Shown here: positions 23,737 through 35,798 of the stretch, in pieces
Position numbering within the stretch: position 1 is the first letter of the stretch
Layout of the letters: every line of letters begins with the position of its first letter
Source of the DNA: Octopus vulgaris
Lineage: Eukaryota
DNA: 64,000 nucleotides
Direction: 5' to 3'
Assembly: GCA_951406725.2 (NCBI GenBank)
Contig: OX597834.1
Span: forward strand, 5,332,001 to 5,396,000
Position numbers and translations under genes: made by a program
The notes under the pieces: generated by a model
Database searches by the model: none
The model's input: the letters and a program-made list of their open reading frames with translations, nothing else
What the model was told of the DNA's origin: nothing

Positions 23737-25028
23737 CGAGGGACGTTCAATAAGTAATGCCTCTGACCTACTTGCAGTTGTTTGATCTAGCTGAAATTTT
23801 GCATGTGCAATCATTTATATCTCTATAGACTAAGTGGCAAATTACAGCTCTGAACTAATTGTGGTTTCTGATTTACAGGTGTTTGAACCGAGTCAAGTGT
23901 GAAATGGAGCCTGTTGAGTGTCGAGCAGTGATCCGGTTTTTGTATTTGAAAGGACGCACACCACGGGAGACTTTTGATGAAATGAAAGTAACTTATGGTG
24001 ATGATGCCCCATCATATGACCTTGTAAAACGCTGGCATCGTGAATTCAAACATGGTCGGAACTCTGTAGAAACAGCTCCCAGATCTGGTCGCCCCTTCTG
24101 CCATTGATGAGGCATCTGTCCGTCAAGTTGAGGCTGCTATTTTGGAAGATCGACGCATAATTATTCGCCAAATAGCCCATGAGGTCAAGATTAGTACCGG
24201 GTCTGTGGAAACTATCATTCATGACCATTTGCATATGCAAAAGGTGTCTACCAGATGGATTCCCAGGTTGCTCACGCCTTTCCAGAAGCAAGAACGCGTC
24301 GAGTGCTCGAGGGTGAATTTGGAGATGTGCCAAGAAGACGGGTCAAAATTTTTCAAAAGACTGTTTACACAGGATGAAACCTGGGTCCATCACGATGATC
24401 GAGAGACCAAAGCCCAGTCAATGCACTGGAAGCACCGTGACTCACCCCCTCCAAAGAAGGCAAGGGTGCAGCCCTCCGCTGGCAAGGTCATGCTCACAGA
24501 CTTCTGGGACCAGGACGGAGTAGTGATGACATATTTCCTAGCAAAGGGTACCACAATTGCAGGAGCCTATTATGCTGCACTTTTGAGGAAATTAAGAGAA
24601 GCTATCAGAATCAAGAGGCGGGGCAAGATCAGCAAAGGCATCCTCCTCCTGCAGGACAACGCTCCGGTCCAGAACTCGCGTGTCGCCAGATCAGAAGCAC
24701 AGGCGTATGGCTATGAACTCCTCCCCCATACCCCCTACTTTCCTGACCTTGCTCCTTCTGATTTTCACCTCTTTCCAGTCATGAAGTTGTTTTTGAAAGG
24801 AAAGCGTTTCCCAGATGATGCAGCCTTGATTTCTGAAGTCACGTTCAGGTTGGAGGACCAAGCTGGGGTCTTCTACAAAAACGGTCTCCAGAGTTGCATC
24901 AAGCAATGGGAGAAATGCGTAACTCTGGGTGGTTCCTATGTAGAAAAAAGACTAATAACTGTGCCAAGTTTCGTTGCTCTACTGCTATGGGAAGTGGGTC
25001 AGGGGCATTACTTATTGAACGCCCCTCG
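23737..25028 (+). mobile_element. Full-length mariner (DD34D) transposon, about 1.29 kb, TA TSD
   Basis: TIRs TA|cgagggacgttcaataagtaatgcc / ggcattacttattgaacgcccctcg|TA. Confidence 0.95.
23904..24955 (+). pseudogene. Mariner transposase with a frameshift near 24098 and a probable +1 at the C-terminus
   Basis: HTH region ..PRSGRP, WIPRLL, TQDETW, LQDNAP-34 aa-YFPDLAPSD, split across ORFs 23859-24107 and 24142-25068. Confidence 0.92.
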
Positions 25029-25275
25029 TATGTCGTCATTTGACATGAATAAACACTCTAGAACGTAAAACAAAGCTAAGTTTGTGTGATGACGATTATT
25101 TTTTAGGAAACGCTGCCAAAATAATGAGATAGTATTTTAGATGGAGATTTAAAGTTTCACTTGAAATTTCTAGAGATGTCGAGCAAGGAAAACATTTGTG
25201 TGTGTGCGCGTGTATGAATGTGTGTGTCTATGTGTGTGTGTACCTATGTACATATAAAATACATATACATATATA

Positions 25276-25634
25276 GGTACAGGTGTGGCTGTGCGGTAAG
25301 TAGTTTGCTTACCAACCACATGGTTTCGAGTTCAGTCCCGCTGTGTGGCTTCTTGGCAAGTGTCTTCTACTATAGCCTCGGGCCGACCAAGGCCTTGTGA
25401 GTGGATTTGGTAGACGGAAACTGAAAGAATCCCGTCGCATATGTATGTGCGTGTGTGTGTGTGTGTTTGTCCCCAAACCATCGCTTGACACCCGAGGTCG
25501 GTGTGTTCACATCCCCTTAGCATAGCGGTTCAGCTTAAGAGAGCGATAGAGCAAGTACTAGGCTTACAAAGAATAAGTCCTGGGTTCGATTTGTTCGCAG
25601 TGAAATGACTGAAACAAAATAAAAGAATAAAAGA
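25276..25634 (+). mobile_element. SINE A, diverged
   Basis: Similarity to the 2798-3218 copy. Confidence 0.8.
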
Positions 25635-26023
25635 ATGTATATACATATGTAGGTATTTGCGTGTACGTGGTGTGTGTGTGTGTGTGTATAATATATACAA
25701 CACACACATGCAGCCAGCTATTTCATCTCGACAATAGTTTTTTTAATTATAATGATTTCAGCATTGTCTACGTGACTAATTGTAACAGTAACAATTTGGA
25801 GAAGATGAGTTTCACAAAACAGGAAAGAACATTCCTAATCAAAAGATTACAGCTCCAAGCTTTCAGATGTACCTTCAAAGTATACGACATATCGAACACG
25901 TTTAATGAGTAATAAGAACAACTTATGCACTGACATCTATACCTGAACCTACATGTCCGTGTGTGTATACATATTTAGCCATATAGTTGTCTAGATGCAT
26001 GCACATGCTCACACAGACATGGT

Positions 26024-26542
26024 GGTGGCTGCCCCCTCGTTATCGAGTATGGCCATTGCACGAAGCTTAATCAGTGTTGTTATCGTGCAATGCCTGTGCC
26101 AGAAGATTCTTTTTTAAGTGAGGAAAGGCTGTGCACTGAGTCAATCCTACTTACTAAGCAACAGCAGCCATAATCCGAAAAGAAGAACAAGTCAACATCA
26201 TCGGTAACCACTGAGCCGCGGGTTTTATGTCAGAATTATCCCAGTTACCTGAGTTACCTTCTCCTAGAAGGATGCCCTAACAAAGGCTTGGAGTCCTTCA
26301 CTCCCAATGGTTTAACCGCGCGATCGGGTATTCAGTCCGAATATTTCTATGTCCCCACGCATGATACAGCCTTAAGACATTTAATGGATGGCTGTTGACT
26401 CTCAAGAGTTCCTCCGCCCTTTGACAGGTTTTGATTTTCATCCCGCAGGGTGTCCAATAAACACCCCCCTCACCAAGCAAGATTGGTGGGGTTGCCGGTT
26501 TAGTCGCCGATGACCCGACCATACAACAGTTACATGTTACCA
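26024..26542 (-). mobile_element. Non-coding repeat family D (about 550 bp, probable RTE-related non-autonomous retroelement)
   Basis: Reverse complement of 27575-28127. Confidence 0.8.
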
Positions 26543-27429
26543 CATTCATACATACATGCATACATACACATTCACATAGATATGTTGATGTATATATATA
26601 CACATGCATACATATATAGAAATATGTTCTTTTATTCTTTTGCACATACACGTACGAACATACACACGTACATAAATACACACAACATTGGTGTGATGAT
26701 GCCGAAATTCCAACGAAGGAATTGTGCTTCTAAGCTAAAAACCAACCATTTCGCTGCTGGCGAGTAATTTTAAAAGTAAGACCAGAAAAATATTGATACG
26801 TAAAATTTTTCTGTCTCTCATATAGGGAAATTATACCTCCGATCAAAACTGAACCTCAGCAAATACAACTAAATGACATTTAAAGAGAATCAACCAGAGG
26901 GAAGCCAACCAGGCAGAACCTTAAATCTGATCACCAAAAAACAAGTCGTCACCTGTACATTAACGAATCAAAAATTAAATCCGTTCGTGAAAAAGTTATA
27001 AATACACCGGATTCGAAATAACACCGTTACAAACGAAATTTCCAGTACACGACGGAAAGATAATCACAGAGACTGTAAACCAAATCCCTTTTTTTACTAT
27101 CTTCATTTCTCCCTTATTTTTTCCCTCTTAACTCAATATGACTGAAACTTTGATGATATTCGTTTCTTGTCGACCACTACTAACACTATTGAATTTTATA
27201 CATTCGAACAATGGCTGTTTTGAACATTTAAACTTGTCGACATTAAAACTTTTAAAGATGTTTTTCTAATTAAAAATTCTAAATTTCTACCATTGATAAA
27301 CAAAAAATATGGTTGAAACTCGTTTGGTATATATGTAAATAAATGAATTTTAAAACAATTACAAGGTTTTTCAAATTTAGGCGCATTTTAAACAACAATT
27401 TGACTATATGTATACACACACACACACAC

Positions 27430-27519
<90 letters not shown>

Positions 27520-27574
27520 TTGTGTGTATGTATGTATGTATATATATATATGTTATGTATATATATATGTTATA

Positions 27575-28127
27575 TCAGGTCACTTTCGAGTACTACTGGT
27601 AACATGTAACCCAGTACAACCTGTTGCATGGTCGGGTCGTCGGCGACTAAACCGGCAACCCCACCAAGCTTGCTTGGTGAGGAGGGTGTTTATTACATAC
27701 TCTGCGGGATGAAAAACAAAACTCATCAAAGGGCGGAGGAACTGTTGAGAGTCAACAACCATCCAATAAATGTCTTAAGCCTGTATCATGCGCGGGGACA
27801 TAGAAATAATCGGACTGAATACCCGATCACGCGATTAAACCATTGGGAATGAAGGACTCTTAGCCTTTGTTAGGGCATCCTTCTAGGAGAAGGTAACTCG
27901 GGTAACTGGGATAACTCCGACATAAAACCTGCGGCTCAGTGGTTACCGATGATGTTGACTTGTTCTTCTTTTCGGATTATGACTGCTGTTGCTTAGTGAG
28001 TGGGATTGACCAGTGCACAGCCTTTCCTCACTTTAAAAAAAAATCTTCTTGCACAGGCATTGCTAGATAACAACATTGATTAAACTTCACGCAATGGCCA
28101 TACTCGATAACGAGGGGGCAGCCACCA
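27575..28127 (+). mobile_element. Repeat family D, full-length copy in (TA)n
   Basis: Three copies in the window; gttagggcatccttctaggagaagg resembles RTE 5'-UTR motifs; orientation is inferred. Confidence 0.8.
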
Positions 28128-28156
28128 TATATATATGTATGTACATATACATACAT

Positions 28157-28231
<75 letters not shown>

Positions 28232-28248
28232 TATTTAAATATTGCATA

Positions 28249-28303
<55 letters not shown>

Positions 28304-28316
28304 TTGTATGTATGTA

Positions 28317-28387
<71 letters not shown>

Positions 28388-28434
28388 AAAAAGTAAAGGT
28401 AGAAAATGCTAAAGTAATTTTCTAAAAAACATTT

Positions 28435-28470
28435 CGGTACCCGTTTCAGTCATTGAGACTTTTTCAACTG
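28435..28470 (-). ncRNA. Minimal hammerhead variant with U3-A8 core (family HH-D)
   Basis: Minus strand reads CAG-TTGAAAA-AGTC-tcaat-GACT-GAA-ACGGGT-A-CCG; second copy at 50514-50546 has stem III ACCGGT. Confidence 0.5.
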
Positions 28471-28550
28471 TAAGTATGGAAAACAATTAAATTTTGGAAA
28501 AATTAAAAGACAGGAATATTTGCATAGTATTCAAATACAAGGGGCATTTT

Positions 28551-28636
<86 letters not shown>

Positions 28637-28844
28637 TATACTATACTAACCTTTAATTTACTTTTATAGTCAACACTAGATTAACCTCACTATAATCTTG
28701 AAATTGTATCTTTCCCCAAATATATTCTGATTTTAACATTTAATACCATTCCCCCAGTTATAAAATACGATACCTACTATAAATTAGATGAGGGTTTGTT
28801 CCGCTACCCTTTGTAAAATAATTTACTTGACCTCTGGACATTGA

Positions 28845-29325
28845 CCTAGATTTTTTTCTCACCGCATAAAAATAAATACCTTTTTGTTCTAGTGACAACC
28901 TGAATTCCCTTCATGTATTCTAAATTCTTCATTTTTTCTACTAACTTAAACCCCTTTTACAGTATGCTTTCTCATCCCCTTACCTAAATTCCTACTAAAA
29001 AATTCTGATGGTTTTCAGTTGAAAGTAAGGTTTGGTCAGTTAGCAGCTGACCTACTATGTTCCTAAGAATTTTATGATCTTTCTACACTGACCTAAATTT
29101 TTTTGTCACCACATAAATAAATTGACCCTTTGTTCTAGTGACAATCTGTTCTTATTTTACATCTCCGGAATTTTCCTCTTCTTTTCTTCAACTAACTTGA
29201 ATTCTTGACCTGCCCTTACCCCTATCCTTATAACTAAAGAAATTTTCTTACAACAGTCAGTTGTAAACAAGGTTTTGATTAATTGGCATCTAAACTACAC
29301 TACCTCATGTTCCTAAGATTCATAT
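28845..29325. repeat. Diverged tandem duplication, unit about 245 bp
   Basis: gacctagatttttttctcaccgcataaa..ttgttctagtgacaa at about 28844 recurs at about 29090. Confidence 0.7.
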
Positions 29326-29410
29326 CTACACCTTTATCTGTATATTTACCCTCCCTAAGATGTTATTAATTGATTTGAGAACTTTATATTATTGGAAAAC
29401 CTATATAAAA

Positions 29411-29496
29411 TTAGCTGAAGATTACTCGGCATCTTAAATCTGCTGTAATATTTACAGCTTTTAATAGAATGTTTTAGTATGAAACAATTGTACTAA
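29411..29496 (+). ncRNA. Type I hammerhead ribozyme (family HH-E), U.U at the base of stem II
   Basis: TTAG-CTGAAGA-T.TACT..(gctgtaa-tat-ttacagc)..AGTA.T-GAA-ACAATTGT-A-CTAA. Confidence 0.75.
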
Positions 29497-29591
29497 ATTA
29501 CCGGATTCATTCTTGTTGCTTATTTTTGTATATAAATGTATGTGTATCTTTTCAATGTGCACAAATAACACGGAAAAATATATGAATAATT

Positions 29592-30036
29592 ACTAGGGTT
29601 GCAAAAAATTCACATAAGTACCAAGGATGTTACTATCTACTTATAAACGTAGAAATTCCAGAGTTTAGTGAAAAGTTTTTGTATGCAAATAAAGAAAGAA
29701 ATGGAGTTAAATGCAGGTGTTATTCAAATCTTTATACTTCCGACATATGTTCCGAAGAAAACATCGGTATTATTCCAGAGGGAACAAAATGATGTAAAAC
29801 AATGCGATCTTCTCATCAGCGAAAAGAGAAACAACATCAAAAAGCCATTTTAACCATTCGATTAAAATGGTTTGTTGTTTAAAATGGCTTATTGATGATG
29901 TTTATCTTTTTTTCACTAATGAGAAAATTACATTGTTTTATATCATTTTATTCCCCTGGAATAATACCAATGTTTCTTCGAAACATTTGTCGGAAGTATA
30001 AAGATTTGAATAACACCTGCATTTAACACCATTTCT

Positions 30037-30038
<2 letters not shown>
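29592..30038. mobile_element. Family HH-A element with inverted arms (29695-29853 / 29878-30038), each carrying a decayed hammerhead
   Basis: Homologous to 3226-3470; left arm (minus) CTGATGA..GGA-ACATATGTC; right arm (plus) CTAATGA..GAA-ACATTTGTC. Confidence 0.75.
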
Positions 30039-30134
<96 letters not shown>

Positions 30135-30143
30135 GTATGTATG

Positions 30144-30177
<34 letters not shown>

Positions 30178-30194
30178 ATATATATATATGTATG

Positions 30195-30287
<93 letters not shown>

Positions 30288-30292
30288 CAAAA

Positions 30293-30496
30293 TGTGACCG
30301 CGTGTGTACCGTTGGCGATTTTTTCCCTCTGTCTTCCCTTCTCTGTATCTTTCCTTCTCCTATGTTTTCGACGAAGAGCTCCTCTCGAAACGTTAAACCC
30401 TCCTTCTTTCCTTCTTTCCTGAGCGTCCAATAATACTATATTTGTTCCACGTCCTCGCGTTGTTGTGTTTTTTTGTGCTTTCATGTTTGGATTAAC
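30293..30496 (+). mobile_element. About 205-bp (TA)n-embedded element with a minimal hammerhead (family HH-F, mutated copy)
   Basis: GTTT-TCGACGA-A-GAGC-tcc-TCTC-GAA-ACGT-T-AAAC at 30364-30398; inverted homolog at 32252-32457. Confidence 0.7.
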
Positions 30497-30500
30497 TATA

Positions 30501-30560
<60 letters not shown>

Positions 30561-30622
30561 TCCCGGGTTGAGTCGGGTTAACCACAGTAAATAAGGTACT
30601 CAATACATAGCAGAGTAAATTA

Positions 30623-30748
30623 ATTTATTTTATAGAAGGAGCTTCTACAGGACTAGAACTGTTTCATTCAAAAGAAATCATCAGGAAGCTTCCTGATGAT
30701 TTCTTTTGAATGAAACAGTTCTAGTCCTGTAGAAGCTCCTTCTATAAA

Positions 30749-30754
<6 letters not shown>
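30623..30754. ncRNA. Perfect 132-bp palindrome encoding a type I hammerhead on each strand (family HH-G)
   Basis: Axis in AAGCTT (30686-30691); plus strand reads AGCTTC-CTGATGA-T.TTC-tttt-GAA.T-GAA-ACAG-ttctagtc-CTGT-A-GAAGCT (30687-30737). Confidence 0.8.
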
Positions 30755-30788
<34 letters not shown>

Positions 30789-30792
<4 letters not shown>

Positions 30793-31260
30793 CTGTATCG
30801 TGATTTACGTGTGTCCCGACTAACGAGTTTTTCGAGAAATTTATCGTCTCTCGGCCGATGTTTTGCTTTGAGTTGCGAGCTAACATTCGGTTTACGAGCC
30901 AGCTTCAGTTATCCCACTGCTGGTTAGCGTACCGGACGCCACATTGAATGACGTAACATCCGCTCAGCATCCCGGGTCTCACTCGATAGCTAGGCAGACA
31001 TGCGCGTTAGCAAGTCCGAAGATCGTTAGTGGATGCTTAGCTAGACGGGTGTTCAAATGCTTATTTAGTCGTTGCACGCTACAGAAACATGTGATGTACT
31101 CGCAATTGTGCTTGCAGTTATTTTGCAAAACTTTGTTTTTCCAGCCTTGGGTCCAAAAATGTTCTTCATATGCGTCCTTATTGTTATAGTTATTCTAGTT
31201 CTGTTTAGAGAAAAAAGTTTATTGAGATTATATAAATTAATGCATTTTGTTATTTAAATT
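30789..31260. mobile_element. Possible pogo/Tigger-like MITE remnant
   Basis: TA-cag start and repeated ttacga/ttgcgag motifs typical of such subterminal repeats; no matching right TIR found. Confidence 0.35.
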
Positions 31261-31444
31261 TTTAAAAAGAAAACGTTGTATTTGTAAGCAATTAAAAGTT
31301 CTTTCTTGCCAAGTGTTGACTAATTTATCATTCTGAATATATATTTGGTATAATTTCTCTAGACAGAAATTGCATCTTTCGTCCCCTATTTTTTCGGAGG
31401 GTGGGGTATCTCATGGCAGAAAAACATCGCATGGCAGAATGCAG

Positions 31445-31712
31445 GTCGCAGGATCGCGGTTTCGATTCCCAGACCGGGCGTTGTGAGTGTTTACTGAGCG
31501 AAAACACCTAAAAGCTCCACGAGGCTCCGGCAGGGGGTAGTGGTGATCCCTGCTGTACTCTTTCGCCACAACTTTCTCCCACTCTTTCTTCTGTTGGCCT
31601 GCTCACTTAGCCAGCGGGGTGGCGTCATTCGAAGGCTAAACAATGCGAAGCGCATTGTGACCAGCGATGTGTAACAACATCTGATGGTCTGGTCGGTCAC
31701 GTGATCACGTGA
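31445..31712 (+). mobile_element. SINE B short-tail subfamily (OR2-like), 5'-truncated
   Basis: Same 5' body as 22676 but a different 3' part ending cacgtgatcacgtga. Confidence 0.85.
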
Positions 31713-31786
31713 TATATATATACTGCCAAGTCGAATTCAAACTGAAAGCGGAGGAATATTCAGCTTCCAACATTGTCATATTTATA

Positions 31787-31878
31787 TGCCCTGAAGAGAC
31801 CGTACTAATAATGTATAAATCACTGAATATAAATATTTAACAATATGCAGTTAGTGCGATCAAGACACATGTTGGACA
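31787..31878 (+). ncRNA. Decayed hammerhead-like motif
   Basis: TGCC-CTGAAGA-GACCGTACTAA..TTAGTGCGATC-(AAG for GAA)-ACACATGT-T-GGACA. Confidence 0.4.
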
Positions 31879-32111
31879 ATTATTATGAATAAACTAACAG
31901 GTAATAGAGACATGAAGTTCGAATGCTTGAATTCTTCATTCTCCTTGTTATTAATACTGTACTTTACAGCTGTAACAGTGGATGGGAACTAAAGCAGGTG
32001 TACCCACCCCAAAAACGCAGCATCTGAAGGAACCAAACTTAGCATTTTACTCAGAGAAATTCGGTATCTGCCTGAATATTATATCCATTCTCATTTTCAT
32101 AAAGCTTCCCG

Positions 32112-32177
<66 letters not shown>

Positions 32178-32251
32178 ATAAATATTAGGGAATGAATCCA
32201 AAATTACAGGGAAAGATCAGATTATAATTATATTATATATATATATATATA

Positions 32252-32457
32252 GTTAATCCAAACAAGAAAACACAAAAAAAACACAACAACGCGAGGACGT
32301 GGAACAAATGAAGTATTATTGGACGCTCAGGAAAGAAGGGAAGAAGGAGGGTTTAACGTTTCGAGCGGAGCTCTTCGTCGGAAACATAGGAGAAGGAAAG
32401 ATCCCGAGAAGGGAAGACAGAGGAAAAAAAATCGCCGGCGGTACACACGCGGTCACA
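32252..32457 (-). mobile_element. Family HH-F element with intact minimal hammerhead fold (32351-32385), U4C core
   Basis: Minus strand reads GTTT-CCGACGA-A-GAGC-tcc-GCTC-GAA-ACGT-T-AAAC. Confidence 0.75.
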
Positions 32458-32499
32458 CATATATATACATAGACATATACATATGAAGAGAGAGAGAGA

Positions 32500-32540
<41 letters not shown>

Positions 32541-34058
32541 GTACACATATAAACAAATTTATATATGCAGACACATTCACACACACATTTACCTATTCAT
32601 CAATATATGTGTGTGTGTGTGTTTGTGTGTTAGTGTGTTTGTGTGTTTGTGTGTTTGTTTGTGTGTGTGTTTGTGTGTTTGTTTGTTTGTGTGTGTGTGT
32701 ACTGTCATTGCTGAAAATCTAGGAAATAAATTAACTAATACATATTTGTGTGAAATATTGACGAGGAGAACTAAACGTAAATAAAGCAAAAAGTGGGGAG
32801 AAACGAAACCCCTTTTCTTTATTCATTCATTTGATGTTAGCGTCGTAAATAATATTTCAGCCATAGTTAAAATAGCGAAATATTCAATAGTTTTCAAATG
32901 AGAAGTGAAAGCCATTAAATTGACTTATTTTTCTATGGATTGAAGTATGAAATATTAGATAGGTAGCTTTATAAAAGCTGTCATAAACCTCCTTTCATCT
33001 TAGGCGCAAGTGGAAATGCATGTGGATTAAAATCACATTGATTAACACACAGGGCTTCAATACGAAATATATAAAAGAAAAATATATTCACAGTGGAATA
33101 AATGAAGCAAAATAAATTGAACAAAACAGATAATAAATATAATTAAATGTTTCAGAAAACGGTGGTAGTTATTAAAGAATCCTTGTAAAGGAAGTTAGAG
33201 AATCAATGGATTGCAAAAAGGAAAAAAAAAAGGTTAGAAAAGATGGAAGTAGTGTTGGCTATGAAATGATTTGGAAATTGAAGAAACAAAACATTTTACA
33301 ATCATATTCGAGAAAACGGCCACAAGAATGGATTTTGTCTCACGCTGTGTCACCCGCTTTGAATTTGAATAATTTAAACTAATTAAATGTAGCTTTCTTA
33401 GGCCTTTTCTTTTTTGTAGATTCTTTATAAAGATTTTTCTTAAATTAAAATTAAAATTAAAATTTAAGTCATGGTAACTTTACTGATGAATTCATTTTTT
33501 CGTTGCTGCTTATGATTATATTTTTGGGTTTTATTCTTTAATTTTTAACAATTCTGAAATTCTTGATTAATCTTTCAACTAAGCTGAAAATTTTGTCGTA
33601 AAAAATGAAAGTTTTTAAAGCTTACTTTAGTTGCTGTTTATATTCGTTTATGTGTAATTTTTGTGAATCTTGTGTAATAGAGGCGATACGTGAGTAAGAC
33701 TGTTGTGTGCATCTGTGTTTGGTGTGTATATTTACGAGTGTGTATATTTGCGTGTATATGTGCGTGTAGGTGAAGAAATATTGGTAATATAAAGTATTCA
33801 ACTGATTTAAGCAATAGGAAATTGGAATCATTGTGAAGCTAAACAAGTATAAAGAGGCATTTAAATAACGGTTATTCAGTTTGTCAAAGGATTTCGTGAA
33901 ATTCCAATAGGTAAACAGCCTGCCGAGAATATTACACAGATTTAAAAATGAAATGTTAATTATTGGATTTGAAATAATAAAGACACCGATGTCAATAAGA
34001 ATTCATAGACAGAGCGAAGTGTTTCCGCACAACTGTACCAGTTTGACGCTCGGGAAAA

Positions 34059-34204
34059 TGGAGTGGCTGTGTGGTAAGTATCTTGCTTTACATACCACAT
34101 GGTTCCAGGTTCAGTTCCACTGCGTGGCACCTTGGGCAAATGTCTTCTACTATAGCCTCGGGCCAATCGAAGCCTTGTGAGTGGATTTGGTAGACGGAAA
34201 CTGA
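34059..34204 (+). mobile_element. SINE A 5' half
   Basis: Similarity to the 2798 head. Confidence 0.8.
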
Positions 34205-34737
34205 TAACTAGATATTTGAATGGACAAGTGTACTCAATATAATTGTCAAAAAAATTATTCAAGATGGCAAGAAATTATATGATACAATTATATCGAAACT
34301 TGGCGCATCATTGGTCACGAATATGATGTTGATGATACAATTTCTTGTTCGCATTTTAATTCCCACAAGATTCTTCATTTTGTAAATGTTTTAAAAATAT
34401 AGGAATGATAACAAGCTTAAATATTTCCTTTCTAAGTAAAAATCACGACTTTTCTAAATCCTGATCAGCTTATCGCATCTGTATCATATTTGCTGCTCCC
34501 TTGTAAGCATACAACGGCCCGCAAATGGCGTCCACTCATATTAGGAAACACTGCTCTAGGTGATATTATAGAAGAAAGCAAGAATTTTAAAACTGATTTA
34601 CTTTCTTTTCACACTAGAGATTTATAAAGGGTTTTTGTGCATCAAGATGTCACGACATTTACCTCGGTTAACGTCTCTCACTGTTATTGATTGTAGAAAT
34701 TATCTTCCCTCTTCCGATGAATGTATAAATGAAAATA

Positions 34738-35125
34738 GTGGAGGCACAATGGCCCAGTGGTTAGGGCAGCGGACTCGTGGTCGTAGGATCGCGGTTTCGA
34801 TTCCCAAACCGGGCTTTGTGAGTGTTTATTGAGCGAAGACACCTAAAGCTCCACCACGCTCCGGCAGGGATGGTGGTGATCCCTGCTGTACTCTTTCACC
34901 ACAACTTTCTCTCACTCTTATTTCCTGTTTCTGTTTTACCTGTATTTCAAAGGGCCGGCCTTGTCACTCTCTGTGTCACGCTGAATATCCCCGAGAACTA
35001 CGTTAAGGGTACACGTGTCTGTGGAGTGCTCAGCCACTTACACGTTAATTTCACGAGCAGGCTGTTCCGTTGATTCGGATCAACCGGAACCCTCGTCGTC
35101 GTAACCGACGGAGTGCTTCCATCCC
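34738..35125 (+). mobile_element. SINE B long-tail (OR1-like) with 11-bp TSD AAATGAAAATA
   Basis: TSD at 34727-34737 and 35126-35136. Confidence 0.9.
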
Positions 35126-35798
35126 AAATGAAAATAATATGTTCTCACTGTTACAAATATTCCTCGTTATGAATTTATTAACAGTCACATATTATTTGAA
35201 GTAATTCAATTCATACACTAGCTTATGTGAATATTATTATGTCACATAATTTTCCAATTTCTTTCATCAAGGGTAGAAAGACTAGGAATAAAAGTATATT
35301 GGAATAGTGAACATAGTGAATTCTGGAATAGAGGTAACGTATCTAAAAACGGTTGAGCAGTATTCGGTCGAAATTTCTGTCTAGTTTATATGCAAAAAAT
35401 AAGCGGCAGACTTTGAGGTTCATAAATTCGCCCATCTAGAGAAAGTCTGGGCTTTATTAGAAAATATATTTGTTAGAGTTTTTAATACAAACGCTATAAT
35501 GCTACTTTACGTCTACATTTGCTATTCTAATGAGATTTTTTTCATTAACTGTAATTAAATTTTCCATTCATTAAAGAAAAATATCATTAATGCAACTTTA
35601 TTACATTACACTTATTAATTCAATGCGACCTTCAAGTATGAAAACAAGGTTTCCTTTTTCTATTTCATTGAGGTAATTACCAAGAGAGTTGTATGAATAG
35701 AAATACACAGTAATGATATAAAGTAATGATAACTAGAGTGATCCGAGTGTATGCTTGTGTATTCCTTGTGGGTGAGTTCAAAACGTCTGCAATTAATA

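Noticed and set aside
27577-27670. HDV-like ribozyme at the 5' end of family D
   Set aside because: Could not assign a P1/P1.1/P3 nested pseudoknot; L3 lacks the TCC-like motif
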